A DNA stretch of 64,000 bases from Candidatus Woesebacteria bacterium (GCA_020060565.1 JAGVAE010000001.1:66671-130670); one strand, 5' to 3'. Counted from the stretch's first letter, positions 1 through 9,047 are shown. Translations and numbers: made by a program. Notes: a model not told the origin generated them from the sequence alone.

Positions 1-10
1 TACCGCACAA

Positions 11-40
11 AAAATCCGTCATCTTTCAGACGGATATTTT
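11..40 (-). terminator. Intrinsic terminator downstream of rplL
   Basis: Inverted repeat ATCCGTC/GACGGAT followed on the minus strand by a T-run, just after the rplL stop. Confidence 0.7.
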
Positions 41-75
41 GTTGTAAAGCTAAGTAACACCTAACTAATTAGAAA

Positions 76-468
76 TTACTTGAGCTCTACTGTTGCACCT
101 GCAGCTTTAAGTTTCTCTGCTGCTGCTTTGGCATCTTCTGCCTTAGCATCCTTCAAAACTTCTGCTGGAGTTGCTTCTGTCATTCCTTTTGCATCCATAA
201 GAGTTAAATTTGGATTAATCTCACGAAGTGCTTTGATGACATTGATTTTTGCGTCTCCTGCAGCTGTCATTACAACAGTTTGGTTTCCTCCTTCTGCTGG
301 AGCTTCCTCGCCTGCCGTAGCTCCTGCTGGAGCGGAGGCTGGTGCTGCTGCTGCAACTGGCATTGCACTTACTCCAAGTTTATCTTGAAGTGCAGTCACA
401 AGTTCTGATAATTCCAAAACTGTGAGTTTTGATACTTCTTCTACTAATTCATCTACTTTTTTTGCCAT
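76..468 (-). CDS. rplL: 50S ribosomal protein L7/L12
   Basis: LTVLELSELV N-terminus, Ala-rich hinge, KINVIKALRE...AGATVELK C-terminus; follows rplJ. Confidence 0.97.
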   Translation of the reverse strand: MAKKVDELVEEVSKLTVLELSELVTALQDKLGVSAMPVAAAAPASAPAGATAGEEAPAEGGNQTVVMTAAGDAKINVIKALREINPNLTLMDAKGMTEATPAEVLKDAKAEDAKAAAEKLKAAGATVELK

Positions 469-992
469 TAATTTTCACCTCCTGCCTTGCTTTTCAAAAT
501 GTAAACTAACTTTTGCATATTTCCGTTTAATGTCCCAACTAATCCATACATCGGGGATATTAATGATCCCAAAACTTGAGACAAGAGGACATCTTTTGAA
601 GGAAGAGTTGAGATTTTAGTAAGAGTCGATTCATCACTAAATGCTCCATCAACTACACCTACTTTAAATTTTGGAAGTTCCTGTTCTTTGGCGAATTTAC
701 CTAAAATCTGAATAGGGGCAATTGGGTCGCCATCTGCAATAACTAGTGCAGTTTGGCCTGAAAGAATCTCATCTGTTGCCATCTTGTTATCAATTTTGGC
801 TGATTCAATGGCACGTTTAAGAAGAGTGTTTTTAATAACAACCATACGGGCGTTTGACTCATTTAGTCTTCTTTTTAGTTCCTGTTGGGATTTTACATTA
901 AGACCAGTGTAGTTAACCAAGACCAAAGATTTAGCATCTTTAAGCTCGGTTGTTAAATTATCAACTAATGTAACTTTTTGTGCTTTTAACAT
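468..992 (-). CDS. rplJ: 50S ribosomal protein L10
   Basis: VIKNTLLKRA and LPSKDVLLSQVLG motifs; directly upstream of rplL. Confidence 0.97.
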   Translation of the reverse strand: MLKAQKVTLVDNLTTELKDAKSLVLVNYTGLNVKSQQELKRRLNESNARMVVIKNTLLKRAIESAKIDNKMATDEILSGQTALVIADGDPIAPIQILGKFAKEQELPKFKVGVVDGAFSDESTLTKISTLPSKDVLLSQVLGSLISPMYGLVGTLNGNMQKLVYILKSKAGGEN

Positions 993-1066
993 ATTTACGT
1001 GATCAATTCTTCCATCTTATTAAGACTGATTTAACCCAAGTGGAGAGATAAAAAGCGGACTTTTTT

Positions 1067-1102
1067 CCTCCGGCGTGGCTTACAATTGCGCGCCTTCTCA
1101 GG
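1067..1102 (-). promoter_or_regulatory. Candidate L10 leader (autoregulatory RNA)
   Basis: Minus-strand CCUGAGAAGGCG...CGCCGGAGG stem with purine-rich internal loop upstream of rplJ; extended -10 TGgTATACT at 1114-1122. Confidence 0.5.
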
Positions 1103-1129
1103 ACTTATGGGCTAGTATACCACTAAAAC

Positions 1130-1375
1130 TTACCTTCGTCTAGAATTAATCTCTACAATTATTTGACGTTCTTCCCTGGTCAATTCAGGCTCTCCACAAA
1201 CTCCCGCCAGTGTTTGCCTTCTTAAAATGCTAATCTCTTCTTGGGTAAGATTGGAGGCCGCGTTTATACTTTGAATTCTTACAACTTCGTCAGGAGTGAG
1301 CGGTAATTCATCAATTCCAGCATGTGTCTGTCTTTTTAATACTGAATCTGATAGGTTTTGGGGTGTTTCTACCAT
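1130..1375 (-). CDS. Hypothetical protein (81 aa)
   Basis: ATG ORF filling the rplA-rplJ gap; three LT.EE-like helical repeats; no recognised family. Confidence 0.6.
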   Translation of the reverse strand: MVETPQNLSDSVLKRQTHAGIDELPLTPDEVVRIQSINAASNLTQEEISILRRQTLAGVCGEPELTREERQIIVEINSRRR

Positions 1376-1404
1376 TTAATATGGAAAGGTTGTTTGAATA
1401 CAAC

Positions 1405-2178
1405 TTAATTTAGTTGTAATTTAACGGATGGGCTCATGGTTGATTTTATAAATGCTCTGACTATCAATTTGGATCCTCCAAGAGCCTTGATAACTGCTTC
1501 TGCGTTGTCAACTATTTCTTCGTCTTTCTGGCTGTTTTTACCAATTACAGTGTGAACAAGTGGGGCATCTTTCTCTGTTTTGACTGTTGTTGACCCTGCC
1601 GAATAACCCTTTGCTTTTTTGAGATCGGCAACTAATGTTCCATTTTTAGGGTTTGGCATTAGACCTTTTGGTCCAAGAAGTCTTGCAAAGGGAACCAACT
1701 TTGGCATCATTTCAACGGTGGCTACTAATACATCAAAATCGACTTTTCCTTCCGTAAGCTTTTTAACTGTATCCTCATCTGCAATTTCCACTTTCTTAAC
1801 TTTTCCTGCTTGGAAGGGGAGATTGACTTGAACAGAAATTCCAGCTTTTTTAACAATAACATGGAGTTCCATTGTTCCATCAAATTTTGAATATGATGCG
1901 CTTTTCACCAACTTTACAGCCTCACTTAATTTGTATGCTTTTTCGTGATCAAATTTAGCCTTGGCTTCTACATATTTTTTCGAGCGAACTCGCTCAACAA
2001 TTTTCCTTTGACTCAATGGAGATTTAGTATCAATTTGCTGTCCTTGCCCTTCCGTAGCTTCAGCGGAGGAGGGTTCAACTACTTTGACACGCTGTCCACC
2101 CTTAAGACCACTAAGATGAACTTTTTCTTCTTTCTTGTTTTCGTTTTCTCCGACATTGGCTGTTTTCATTTTTCCCAT
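1405..2178 (-). CDS. rplA: 50S ribosomal protein L1 with N-terminal extension
   Basis: KFDGTMELH, LGPKGLMPNPKNGT and KSTMSPSV motifs; downstream of rplK. Confidence 0.96.
   Translation of the reverse strand: MGKMKTANVGENENKKEEKVHLSGLKGGQRVKVVEPSSAEATEGQGQQIDTKSPLSQRKIVERVRSKKYVEAKAKFDHEKAYKLSEAVKLVKSASYSKFDGTMELHVIVKKAGISVQVNLPFQAGKVKKVEIADEDTVKKLTEGKVDFDVLVATVEMMPKLVPFARLLGPKGLMPNPKNGTLVADLKKAKGYSAGSTTVKTEKDAPLVHTVIGKNSQKDEEIVDNAEAVIKALGGSKLIVRAFIKSTMSPSVKLQLN
2048..2072. repeat. REP-like palindrome in frame within rplA (encodes SSAEATEG)
   Basis: CCTTCCGTAGCTTCAGCGGAGGAGG; related inverted copy at 10067-10093. Confidence 0.6.
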
Positions 2179-2179
2179 A

Positions 2180-2602
2180 TTATTCGATTTTAATACCCAT
2201 ACTTCTTGCGGTTCCTTCGACTATTCTTTGTGCAGCTTCTACGTCCTTTGTGTTTAAATCGTCCAATTTATCTTCTGCAATTTGTTTAACTTGGGCGTGT
2301 GTTAGAGTACCTGCGGTTTCTCTGGGAGTTTTACCCGATCCCTTTTCGATTCCAAGAACCTTTTTGATCATGTCTGCAACAGGAGCTTTTTTAATAACAA
2401 AATCAAATGTTCTATCTTCGTAAATTGTAATGACTGCTGGAGCAACCTGACCTTTAAGAGCCTGGGTTTTATCGTTGTACTGTTTAACAAAATCCATAAT
2501 AGCAACACCATGCTGACCCAATGCGGTTCCTACTGGAGGAGCTGGGGTAGCCTCTGCTGCCTTTAGATTAATTTTAACGATAGTTTTGACTTTTTTTGCC
2601 AT
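2180..2602 (-). CDS. rplK: 50S ribosomal protein L11
   Basis: ATPAPPVGTALGQHG and GTARSMGI motifs; start reassigned to ATG at 2602 (MAKKVK). Confidence 0.97.
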   Translation of the reverse strand: MAKKVKTIVKINLKAAEATPAPPVGTALGQHGVAIMDFVKQYNDKTQALKGQVAPAVITIYEDRTFDFVIKKAPVADMIKKVLGIEKGSGKTPRETAGTLTHAQVKQIAEDKLDDLNTKDVEAAQRIVEGTARSMGIKIE

Positions 2603-2609
2603 TTTGTTT

Positions 2610-2676
2610 TGGATACGCACTCGAAGCTTTTTAAAAGAAGTTTCGACTTGCGTCTGCCTCACTCCCAAGCGAGGTA
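2610..2676 (-). promoter_or_regulatory. Structured rplK leader (candidate L1-binding operator)
   Basis: Two hairpins (CCUCGCU/AGUGAGG and ACGCA..UCGAA/UUCGA..UGCGU) between a TATAAT and the rplK start. Confidence 0.4.
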
Positions 2677-2765
2677 AGGGTATTATAGACCAAACTTTCT
2701 AATCAGTAAAGCACTTTAAGAACTGTCGTTGACATGTGGCCTTCTTGGGTTTTAAGATGATAGTC

Positions 2766-3431
2766 ATGCCAGGGAACGAAGGAGTGTCTAATCCAGGAAG
2801 GAGAGATTTTATTAAAAAAATAGGTATTGGTTTTGGGAGTGGTGCTTTGGCAGCATTATCGAGTTCATGTGGATCAGCCATTGAAAGTCCTGCTCAGGCT
2901 AAAGAAATTACCCTACCAAAAGAGGAAGAAAGTGACCCAATAAAATACGGAGAAATTCAAGAAGGTGAAAGTTTGACCTTGGCAATAGAAAGGGTATCAG
3001 GTCGATCGTTAAATTCGATCGGGAGTTTACAAGTGGTTTGGACAAACAACGATGTAGATTATGACTTTAAAAATAAAAAGGCATTCTTATATCAAGATAT
3101 TGCTCCTTTACCCTATGCTCAACCTGGCGACAGAATTGTTTTCGGACCAGAAAAACCCATGGGAGATGCTATATCAGAACCCGGTATTTTGACTGGTCAA
3201 GAAAGGGTTATTTTGGAATCGCGAACTAAGAATAGTGGGGACAACGAGGAGACGTATTTAACTGTTTTTGGTGGCCGTTTTGATAGGACTGTTTTTTATA
3301 AACTTAAAGGAGATAGATCTGGTTGGGAAGTTAATTATAAAGGAAATGAATGGACTGATTCTGACAAGCTTAAAGAATTAATGACTGAGAATCCCACAAT
3401 GAAATCTTCCGAAGCATTTAGCAGACTTTAG
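2766..3431 (+). CDS. Hypothetical exported lipoprotein with twin-arginine-like signal
   Basis: GRRDFIKK, hydrophobic stretch, then LAALSSSC lipobox-like Cys; start moved to ATG at 2766. Confidence 0.7.
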   Translation: MPGNEGVSNPGRRDFIKKIGIGFGSGALAALSSSCGSAIESPAQAKEITLPKEEESDPIKYGEIQEGESLTLAIERVSGRSLNSIGSLQVVWTNNDVDYDFKNKKAFLYQDIAPLPYAQPGDRIVFGPEKPMGDAISEPGILTGQERVILESRTKNSGDNEETYLTVFGGRFDRTVFYKLKGDRSGWEVNYKGNEWTDSDKLKELMTENPTMKSSEAFSRL

Positions 3432-3454
3432 TATTTGGTGTATAATTTCTTCAA

Positions 3455-3664
3455 ATGGCAGAACCAGGTAAACAGGAAGGGGTTGAAAAACTTCAAGGTG
3501 GGGTGTATAAAAAACGAGAAAAACCGATCGATATTAGTAAAGCCACTGTTGGAGATTTGGCTAATCTAAATCAGGTAGCTAAACGTTCGGGCATAGATTT
3601 TCCTCTTGATGGTGATGATAAGACTGTTACTCCAGAAAGATTTGTGGTGATACCTAAAAAATAA
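3455..3664 (+). CDS. Hypothetical protein (69 aa)
   Basis: ATG ORF with TATAAT 8 nt upstream; fills an intergenic gap. Confidence 0.6.
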   Translation: MAEPGKQEGVEKLQGGVYKKREKPIDISKATVGDLANLNQVAKRSGIDFPLDGDDKTVTPERFVVIPKK

Positions 3665-3676
3665 AAAGGGAGAAGT

Positions 3677-4309
3677 TTAAACTTTTTGAATTTGTAGGAA
3701 ATCAAGCTCGACGGGGGTTTCACGGCCAAAAATAGATACTAAGACTTTTACCTTTCCTTTTTCCTCATCCATTTCATGAATTGTTCCCAAGAAATCTGCA
3801 AATGGACCATCTGTGATTTTGATAGCTTCTCCAACACTGAACTTTGTTTTAAATCTGGGGGCGGGGGAGCTTATAAACTTTTGAATGTTGTTTACTTCAG
3901 CTTCGGATAGAGGTGTGGGGTTATTACCTGCTCCCACAAATCCTGTGATTCCTGCTGTGGTTCTAACAGCCAACCAAGTTGGGTCGTCTAGAATCATTTT
4001 GACAAGTAAATATCCTGGGAAAATCTTTTCTTTAACTGTGGCTTTTTTGCCTCCTCTTATAATAACTCTGTCTTGAGTGGGAACTAACATTTCAAAGATA
4101 TGACCTTGAAGGTTCATGGTCTCAATTCTTTGTCGTAAAGTTTCCATGACGCGTACTTCATGTCCCGAGGAAGTATGGACTACATACCATTTAGCTTTAG
4201 GGTCTTCTGTTTGGGCAACAATAATGTGTCCAGGAATTTTCTTTTTTCCTGTTCCACGCTCAGAAACTCCAGCGACTGCTTCTGGTTGTTTTGTAATATC
4301 GTCGTTCAT
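3677..4309 (-). CDS. nusG: Transcription elongation factor NusG
   Basis: WYVVHTSSGHE, KIFPGYLLV and KOW domain GPFADFLG...FGRETPVEL. Confidence 0.98.
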   Translation of the reverse strand: MNDDITKQPEAVAGVSERGTGKKKIPGHIIVAQTEDPKAKWYVVHTSSGHEVRVMETLRQRIETMNLQGHIFEMLVPTQDRVIIRGGKKATVKEKIFPGYLLVKMILDDPTWLAVRTTAGITGFVGAGNNPTPLSEAEVNNIQKFISSPAPRFKTKFSVGEAIKITDGPFADFLGTIHEMDEEKGKVKVLVSIFGRETPVELDFLQIQKV

Positions 4310-4494
4310 TATTTTGTAATAATTTTAGTTAGAAGGGTGGTAAAGAGGTAATCAAGTCCTCCTACGTAAGCTCCTAATATGCCTGAAACTAAGAAAACTG
4401 TCAAGGTAAGTTTGATTGTTTCTTCTCTGGTTGGCCAGGTAACACGACTTAGCTCATGTCTTACCTCACCAAAAAAATTGGTTACAGCTTTCAC
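4309..4494 (-). CDS. secE: Preprotein translocase subunit SecE
   Basis: EVRHELSRVTWPT motif plus one TM helix; GTG start at 4494; abuts nusG. Confidence 0.95.
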   Translation of the reverse strand: MKAVTNFFGEVRHELSRVTWPTREETIKLTLTVFLVSGILGAYVGGLDYLFTTLLTKIITK

Positions 4495-4531
4495 GAATGC
4501 AATTTTACCAAAAAAGCTTAGAATAAACAAT

Positions 4532-5179
4532 ATGCCGAATTTTAGGTATGAAAAAGAGGTTTGGGGCAAAGGTGACAAACTCATTGCTGGGATTGATGAG
4601 GTGGGAAGGGGTTGTTTTGCAGGACCTGTAGTGGCAGGCGCGACCGTGTTCGCGCCTAATTTAAAATTTAAAATTAAAAATTTAAAATTAAGGATAGACG
4701 ATAGTAAAAAATTAAATTCAAAACAAAGAGAGACAGCGGATAAATGGATTAGGAAAAATGCGATAGGATGGGGGATTGGGGTAGCCAGTATTTCCCAGAT
4801 AAACAAGTTGGGAATTAAAAAAGCCACTGAGATTGCGTTCAGAAAAGCTATTAAAAACTGTGGGGTAGAAATTGATTATCTTTTAATTGATGCCTTTTAT
4901 ATTCCCTATGTAAAAGGTCTTAGAAGGAAAAATCAAAAAGCTATTATTCATGGGGACACTAAATCGATTTCAATTGCTGCAGCTTCAATTATTGCCAAAG
5001 TTTATAGAGATAAACTAATGACAGAATTGGGTAAAAAGGCAAAATACAAAAAGTATGGGTGGAATAAAAACAAAGGATATGGAACTAGGGAACATAGAAA
5101 GATGATCCAAAAGTATGGAGTCTCCAAGCTTCACAGGAAGTTATTTGTTAGAAACTACGTTTCTTCTCAAGCTCAATAG
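4532..5179 (+). CDS. rnhB: Ribonuclease HII
   Basis: GIDEVGRG...AGPVV, DSKKL, IAAASIIAKV and KGYGT motifs; start ATG at 4532. Confidence 0.97.
   Translation: MPNFRYEKEVWGKGDKLIAGIDEVGRGCFAGPVVAGATVFAPNLKFKIKNLKLRIDDSKKLNSKQRETADKWIRKNAIGWGIGVASISQINKLGIKKATEIAFRKAIKNCGVEIDYLLIDAFYIPYVKGLRRKNQKAIIHGDTKSISIAAASIIAKVYRDKLMTELGKKAKYKKYGWNKNKGYGTREHRKMIQKYGVSKLHRKLFVRNYVSSQAQ
4657..4691 (+). repeat. Heptamer-periodic tract (5 x AAATT(T/A)A) inside rnhB
   Basis: taattta aaattta aaattaa aaattta aaattaa, encoding NLKFKIKNLKL. Confidence 0.8.
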
Positions 5180-5342
5180 AATGAGCGATTCTGTATTTAG
5201 CTTCTTTTCTTTTCTCTGCGGGTTTTTTGTAATGCTCACGATCGCGATACTCCTGCATTACACCCTCGTCAATGGTTTTTTTACGAAAACGGGCAATTAG
5301 CTTATCATCGCTTTCACCCTTTTTCTTTTTAAGTATGAACAT
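5148..5342 (-). CDS. rpsU: 30S ribosomal protein S21
   Basis: GESDDKLIARFRKK...REHYKKPAEKRK pattern. Confidence 0.9.
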   Translation of the reverse strand: MFILKKKKGESDDKLIARFRKKTIDEGVMQEYRDREHYKKPAEKRKEAKYRIAHSIELEKKRSF

Positions 5343-5387
5343 TTTATCTTGTTGTAAATCACCTCCGTATGGTATTATAGTTTACTG

Positions 5388-6395
5388 ATGGCAAAGAAGA
5401 AAGCATTAATTACCGGAATTACGGGACAAGATGGTAGCTATTTGGCAGAGCTTTTACTTAAAAAAGGCTATGAAGTTGGGGGAATAGTAAGAAAGACTTC
5501 TCATGAAAGTTATGCAAATATTGGGCATATCCAGGAAGAATTAAGATTGTATCAGGGAGATTTACTTGATCCGGTTTCTTTAAGAGAAATTATCCAAAAG
5601 TTTGCTCCTGATGAAGTTTATAATTTAGCTTCTCAATCACACCCTTCAGAATCTTTTAAACAGCCAATCCATACAGCAGAGATTACTGGAATTGGGGCGC
5701 ATAGGGTACTTGACGCTACACTGGACGTGAATCCAAAATGTAAATTCTATCAAGCAAGTTCTTCTGAGATGTTTGGTTGGGTACGCGAGATTCCTCAAAC
5801 AGAGGAAACTCCATTTAATCCAGCTAATCCATATGCTGCAGCCAAGCTATATGCCTTTGCCATAACTAAAATTTATAGAAAAAGTTATAAAATGTTTGCT
5901 TGTAACGGGATTTTATTTAATCATGAGTCTCCTCGTAGACACTTAGGATTTGTAACCCAAAAAGTATGTTATGCCGCAGCTTGTGCAAAATTGGGAATTG
6001 ATAATTCGGAACATTTAAATGAAGAGGGAGAACAAATCGTTAAAAATGGAAAAGTGTCACTTGGAAACCTTGAGGCAAAACGCGATTGGGGATATGCAGG
6101 AGACTATGTTGAGGCAATGTATCTCATGATGCAGGCAGATGAGCCTGACGATTTTGTGATAGCAACAGGAGAAACCCATACAATTAAAGAACTTTGTGAA
6201 GAAGCCTATGATTATATAGGTCTAAATTGGAAGGATCATGTGATTATTGATAAAAGATTTGTCCGTCCAACAGAAACAGGACCATTGGTTGGCGATGCTG
6301 GGAAAGCCAAGAGGGTATTTGGTTGGACTCCACGAACGAAGTTCAAGGAATTGGTTCATATAATGGTTAATGCCCATCTAGCCAGACTTAAATAA
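5388..6395 (+). CDS. gmd: GDP-mannose 4,6-dehydratase
   Basis: ALITGITGQDGSYLAE, YQASSSEMFG, NGILFNHESPRR and RDWGYAGDYV motifs. Confidence 0.96.
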   Translation: MAKKKALITGITGQDGSYLAELLLKKGYEVGGIVRKTSHESYANIGHIQEELRLYQGDLLDPVSLREIIQKFAPDEVYNLASQSHPSESFKQPIHTAEITGIGAHRVLDATLDVNPKCKFYQASSSEMFGWVREIPQTEETPFNPANPYAAAKLYAFAITKIYRKSYKMFACNGILFNHESPRRHLGFVTQKVCYAAACAKLGIDNSEHLNEEGEQIVKNGKVSLGNLEAKRDWGYAGDYVEAMYLMMQADEPDDFVIATGETHTIKELCEEAYDYIGLNWKDHVIIDKRFVRPTETGPLVGDAGKAKRVFGWTPRTKFKELVHIMVNAHLARLK

Positions 6396-6396
6396 T

Positions 6397-6822
6397 TCAG
6401 TCCAGACCTATTAGCTTCGCAATTTGGGTAGTAGAAGGAACTTTGATTTTTTTAATCTCAACCAGTTTTGCGTTGACCGATTTTGCATACTCTCTCTTTT
6501 TATCTTTCATGGAGTCTCCTTGGGTGACAGCGATAATATCTGGTTTTATTTTTGCTACTAATTTTTTGTAGTCATCATCACTTTTCATTTCTGGAAGGGG
6601 GATAACTTCATCTACAAAATTTAATGATTCTAGAATCTCTAGTCTTTGTTTTTGGGTGTGAATTGGGCGACCCTGTCCTTTTAGCCTTTTGGTATTTTCG
6701 TCACTTTCAAGAGCTACTATTAGGCAGTCACCTTTTTTCTTAGCTTCTTTTAAAAAATGAATATGGCCAAAGTGAAGTATATCAAAACACCCCCCAATTA
6801 ACACCTTCTTTTTAGCTCTCAT
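6397..6822 (-). CDS. Cytidylyl/adenylyltransferase (TagD/RfaE-II/RibL-like)
   Basis: GGCFDILHFGHIHFL (HxGH) and STT motifs. Confidence 0.85.
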   Translation of the reverse strand: MRAKKKVLIGGCFDILHFGHIHFLKEAKKKGDCLIVALESDENTKRLKGQGRPIHTQKQRLEILESLNFVDEVIPLPEMKSDDDYKKLVAKIKPDIIAVTQGDSMKDKKREYAKSVNAKLVEIKKIKVPSTTQIAKLIGLD

Positions 6823-6869
6823 AGCTGTATGATATCACAAGCTGATTCGATGGCTTTTAATATGTGATT

Positions 6870-7097
6870 CTATTTGGAGTTGCCCAGATTTCTGTCAATT
6901 GCAATCATTCTTAGAACATTAATATTCCAATTTGTATCTGAAGTAGTTGCTCCTTTTGCTCCTCTTACTTTTTCTTCGAGTATACCTTTTTTTTCTTCTA
7001 ATCTTAGCCTACTTAACAAATCAGTATTACTTAAGGATTGAAATTCCTCCATTTTTCTTTTTAGAAAATCTTGGTGTTTCTTGTCTGAACTTTCCAT
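6870..7097 (-). CDS. Hypothetical protein (75 aa)
   Basis: ATG ORF with TATAAT just upstream; no recognised motif. Confidence 0.6.
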   Translation of the reverse strand: MESSDKKHQDFLKRKMEEFQSLSNTDLLSRLRLEEKKGILEEKVRGAKGATTSDTNWNINVLRMIAIDRNLGNSK

Positions 7098-7128
7098 AAA
7101 CCGAATTATACCACTCGGTACTGTTTTG

Positions 7129-7199
7129 CAAGCCTGTCAGGATTCGAACCTGAAAGAGCGGTTTTGGAGACCGCCATGATACCATTTCATCACAGGCTT
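7129..7199 (-). tRNA. tRNA-Trp(CCA)
   Basis: Acceptor stem AAGCCTG/CAGGCTT, anticodon arm GCGGT-CTCCAAA-ACCGC, T-loop GGTTCGAATCC; CCA end not encoded. Confidence 0.93.
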
Positions 7200-7226
7200 A
7201 TTAATTAGAGGTTTTGTTTTGCCCTT

Positions 7227-7255
7227 CCGCCGTTCTGCCGTTTAACTACGCCCCT
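7227..7255 (-). pseudogene. Orphan 5' half of a canonical-type tRNA-Trp
   Basis: AGGGGCGTAGTTAAACGGCAGAACGGCGG gives acceptor 5' strand, D-arm and anticodon-stem start, then breaks off. Confidence 0.6.
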
Positions 7256-7301
7256 AGGCTAATCGTTATTATACCTTAAAAGTAGTTAAAGGTTGAATAA
7301 A

Positions 7302-7529
7302 TTAGAAGCGTTCACAAATGAAGGAACTGCACATTTCACCCCTTTCTGCGTAGTCTAAACACTCGCCAGTTGCGGGATCCAGCTGTTGACAGACATCAAT
7401 CCGTCTTACGATCTGGCCATTGATTTTTTGGACGATAATTTTTCCTTCGCCTGGATAGTTTCCTTGGACACAACAACCTTCCTTTATTTTTGTTCTGGTT
7501 GTACAGCCAATGCAAGGATTAGTTGACAT
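7302..7529 (-). CDS. Small Cys-rich protein (YkgJ/CxxCxxCC-like metal-binding)
   Basis: CxxC...CC...C...C..Y..R...C..F.C pattern. Confidence 0.65.
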   Translation of the reverse strand: MSTNPCIGCTTRTKIKEGCCVQGNYPGEGKIIVQKINGQIVRRIDVCQQLDPATGECLDYAERGEMCSSFICERF

Positions 7530-7552
7530 GATGATTTATAAACTAAGATTAG

Positions 7553-7738
7553 CTACTTAAGTTTGAGGCTTTCTTTGTGAAGCTGAACTTTTTTACAAAA
7601 TCTACAGTACTTTTTAAGGCCAAGTTTTCCTTTGCCTTTTGTGTCCATGTTTACTTTGTTACGAGTAGTTCCGTAATTTTGGTTTTTACAGATAGAACAA
7701 ACTAAAGCTACAATTTCTCGAGCACCCTTTTTTGCCAT
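7553..7738 (-). CDS. rpmG: 50S ribosomal protein L33 (zinc-binding type)
   Basis: LVCSICKNQNYGTTRNK...LKKYCRFCKK...HKE. Confidence 0.96.
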   Translation of the reverse strand: MAKKGAREIVALVCSICKNQNYGTTRNKVNMDTKGKGKLGLKKYCRFCKKVQLHKESLKLK

Positions 7739-7820
7739 ATGTTTGGTATTTTAGCACTTCTTTCTGGTTAAGAAAAGACTTGACCAAGGATTAATATTCA
7801 GCTTAAACTGTTTGTGGTAA

Positions 7821-9047
7821 ATGAAAATAGTTTTTCTTTCGACTAGAATAGCGGGAAACGATGGGGTTTCACTGGAAGCAGTAAGGTGGAAAGAAATATT
7901 GGAGCGGATGGGTCACAAGGTGACATTTATGGCAGGGGAGCTCGACAGAAGAGGTATTCTAATTCCAGAACTTCATTTTCAACGAGAAGAGGTAGTCAAT
8001 CTTCATGACAAGGTTACTTACGAGAAGAAAAATTATAGAAAAGTAGAGAGGGAAATATATGAAATTGCTGGAAAAATTGAGGGTGTCTTAAGAGAAGTAT
8101 TTAATAATGGCAACAGGCCAGATCTTTTGATTGTTGCTAATATTTTTTCTCTTCCTGTACATTTTCCATTAGCAGTTGCACTTTCTCGAATTGAGGAAGA
8201 ACTTAAAATTCCAATTATTTGCCGCCATCATGATTTTTGGTGGGAAAGAGAAAGATATTTGCGCTCATCAATGTTTACCTTTTTTGAAAAATATTTTCCT
8301 CCAAATATACCAAATATGAAGCATGTGGTAATAAATACAATAGCTCAGAGAGAATTAAAAAAGCGTTTCGGTTATAAGTCAGTTGTAATTCCTGATACTT
8401 TTGATTTTGATTCGGAATTAGGAAAGATTGATTCTTTTTCTGGTCATTTTAGAAAAGACTTTGGGATTAAAAAAGATGACGTGGTATTTCTCCAAGCAAC
8501 TAGAATAGTTCCTAGAAAACGAGTTGAACTTTCAATTAATCTTGTTAAAAAACTGAAAAATCCAAAGTTTGTACTAGTTATTGCAGGTCATGCGGGGGAT
8601 GAAGGGTTGGAATATCAGACAAAGATTAAAAAAATTGCAGGAAAAAGTGGAATTAAAGCCTTTTTTGTTGGAGATTATGTGAATGCTAGAAGAAAAATTA
8701 GAGGTGGACGTAGAATTTATACTTTGTGGGATGCTTTTGTTAATTCGGATATAATAACCTATCCTACAGCACAGGAAGGATTTGGTAATCAGTTTATTGA
8801 GGCAACGTTTTTTAAAAAACCAATAGTTATAACCCCTTACACGGTCTACAAAAAAGACATAAAACCTTTAGGGTATAAAGTAATTGAGATGAATAAGAAC
8901 ATTTCAGATAATGTAATTTACAAGATCAAAAACCTCTTAGAAGATTCTAATAGGCTTCAAAAAATGGTAGATAGAAATTTTTTGATAAGTAAAAAATATT
9001 TTTCCTACGAAGCCGTTGAAGAAAAGCTTAAAAAACTTCTTTCTTGA
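7821..9047 (+). CDS. GT4-family (GT-B) glycosyltransferase
   Basis: DGVSLE, HHDFWWER, TRIVPRKRVE and EGFGNQFIEA motifs. Confidence 0.88.
   Translation: MKIVFLSTRIAGNDGVSLEAVRWKEILERMGHKVTFMAGELDRRGILIPELHFQREEVVNLHDKVTYEKKNYRKVEREIYEIAGKIEGVLREVFNNGNRPDLLIVANIFSLPVHFPLAVALSRIEEELKIPIICRHHDFWWERERYLRSSMFTFFEKYFPPNIPNMKHVVINTIAQRELKKRFGYKSVVIPDTFDFDSELGKIDSFSGHFRKDFGIKKDDVVFLQATRIVPRKRVELSINLVKKLKNPKFVLVIAGHAGDEGLEYQTKIKKIAGKSGIKAFFVGDYVNARRKIRGGRRIYTLWDAFVNSDIITYPTAQEGFGNQFIEATFFKKPIVITPYTVYKKDIKPLGYKVIEMNKNISDNVIYKIKNLLEDSNRLQKMVDRNFLISKKYFSYEAVEEKLKKLLS

Noticed and set aside
4495-4827. Long N-terminal extension of SecE (172-aa ORF) and upstream extension of rnhB to 4379
   Set aside because: These are shadow frames of the divergent secE/rnhB pair; starts at 4494 and 4532 each have their own -10 box.
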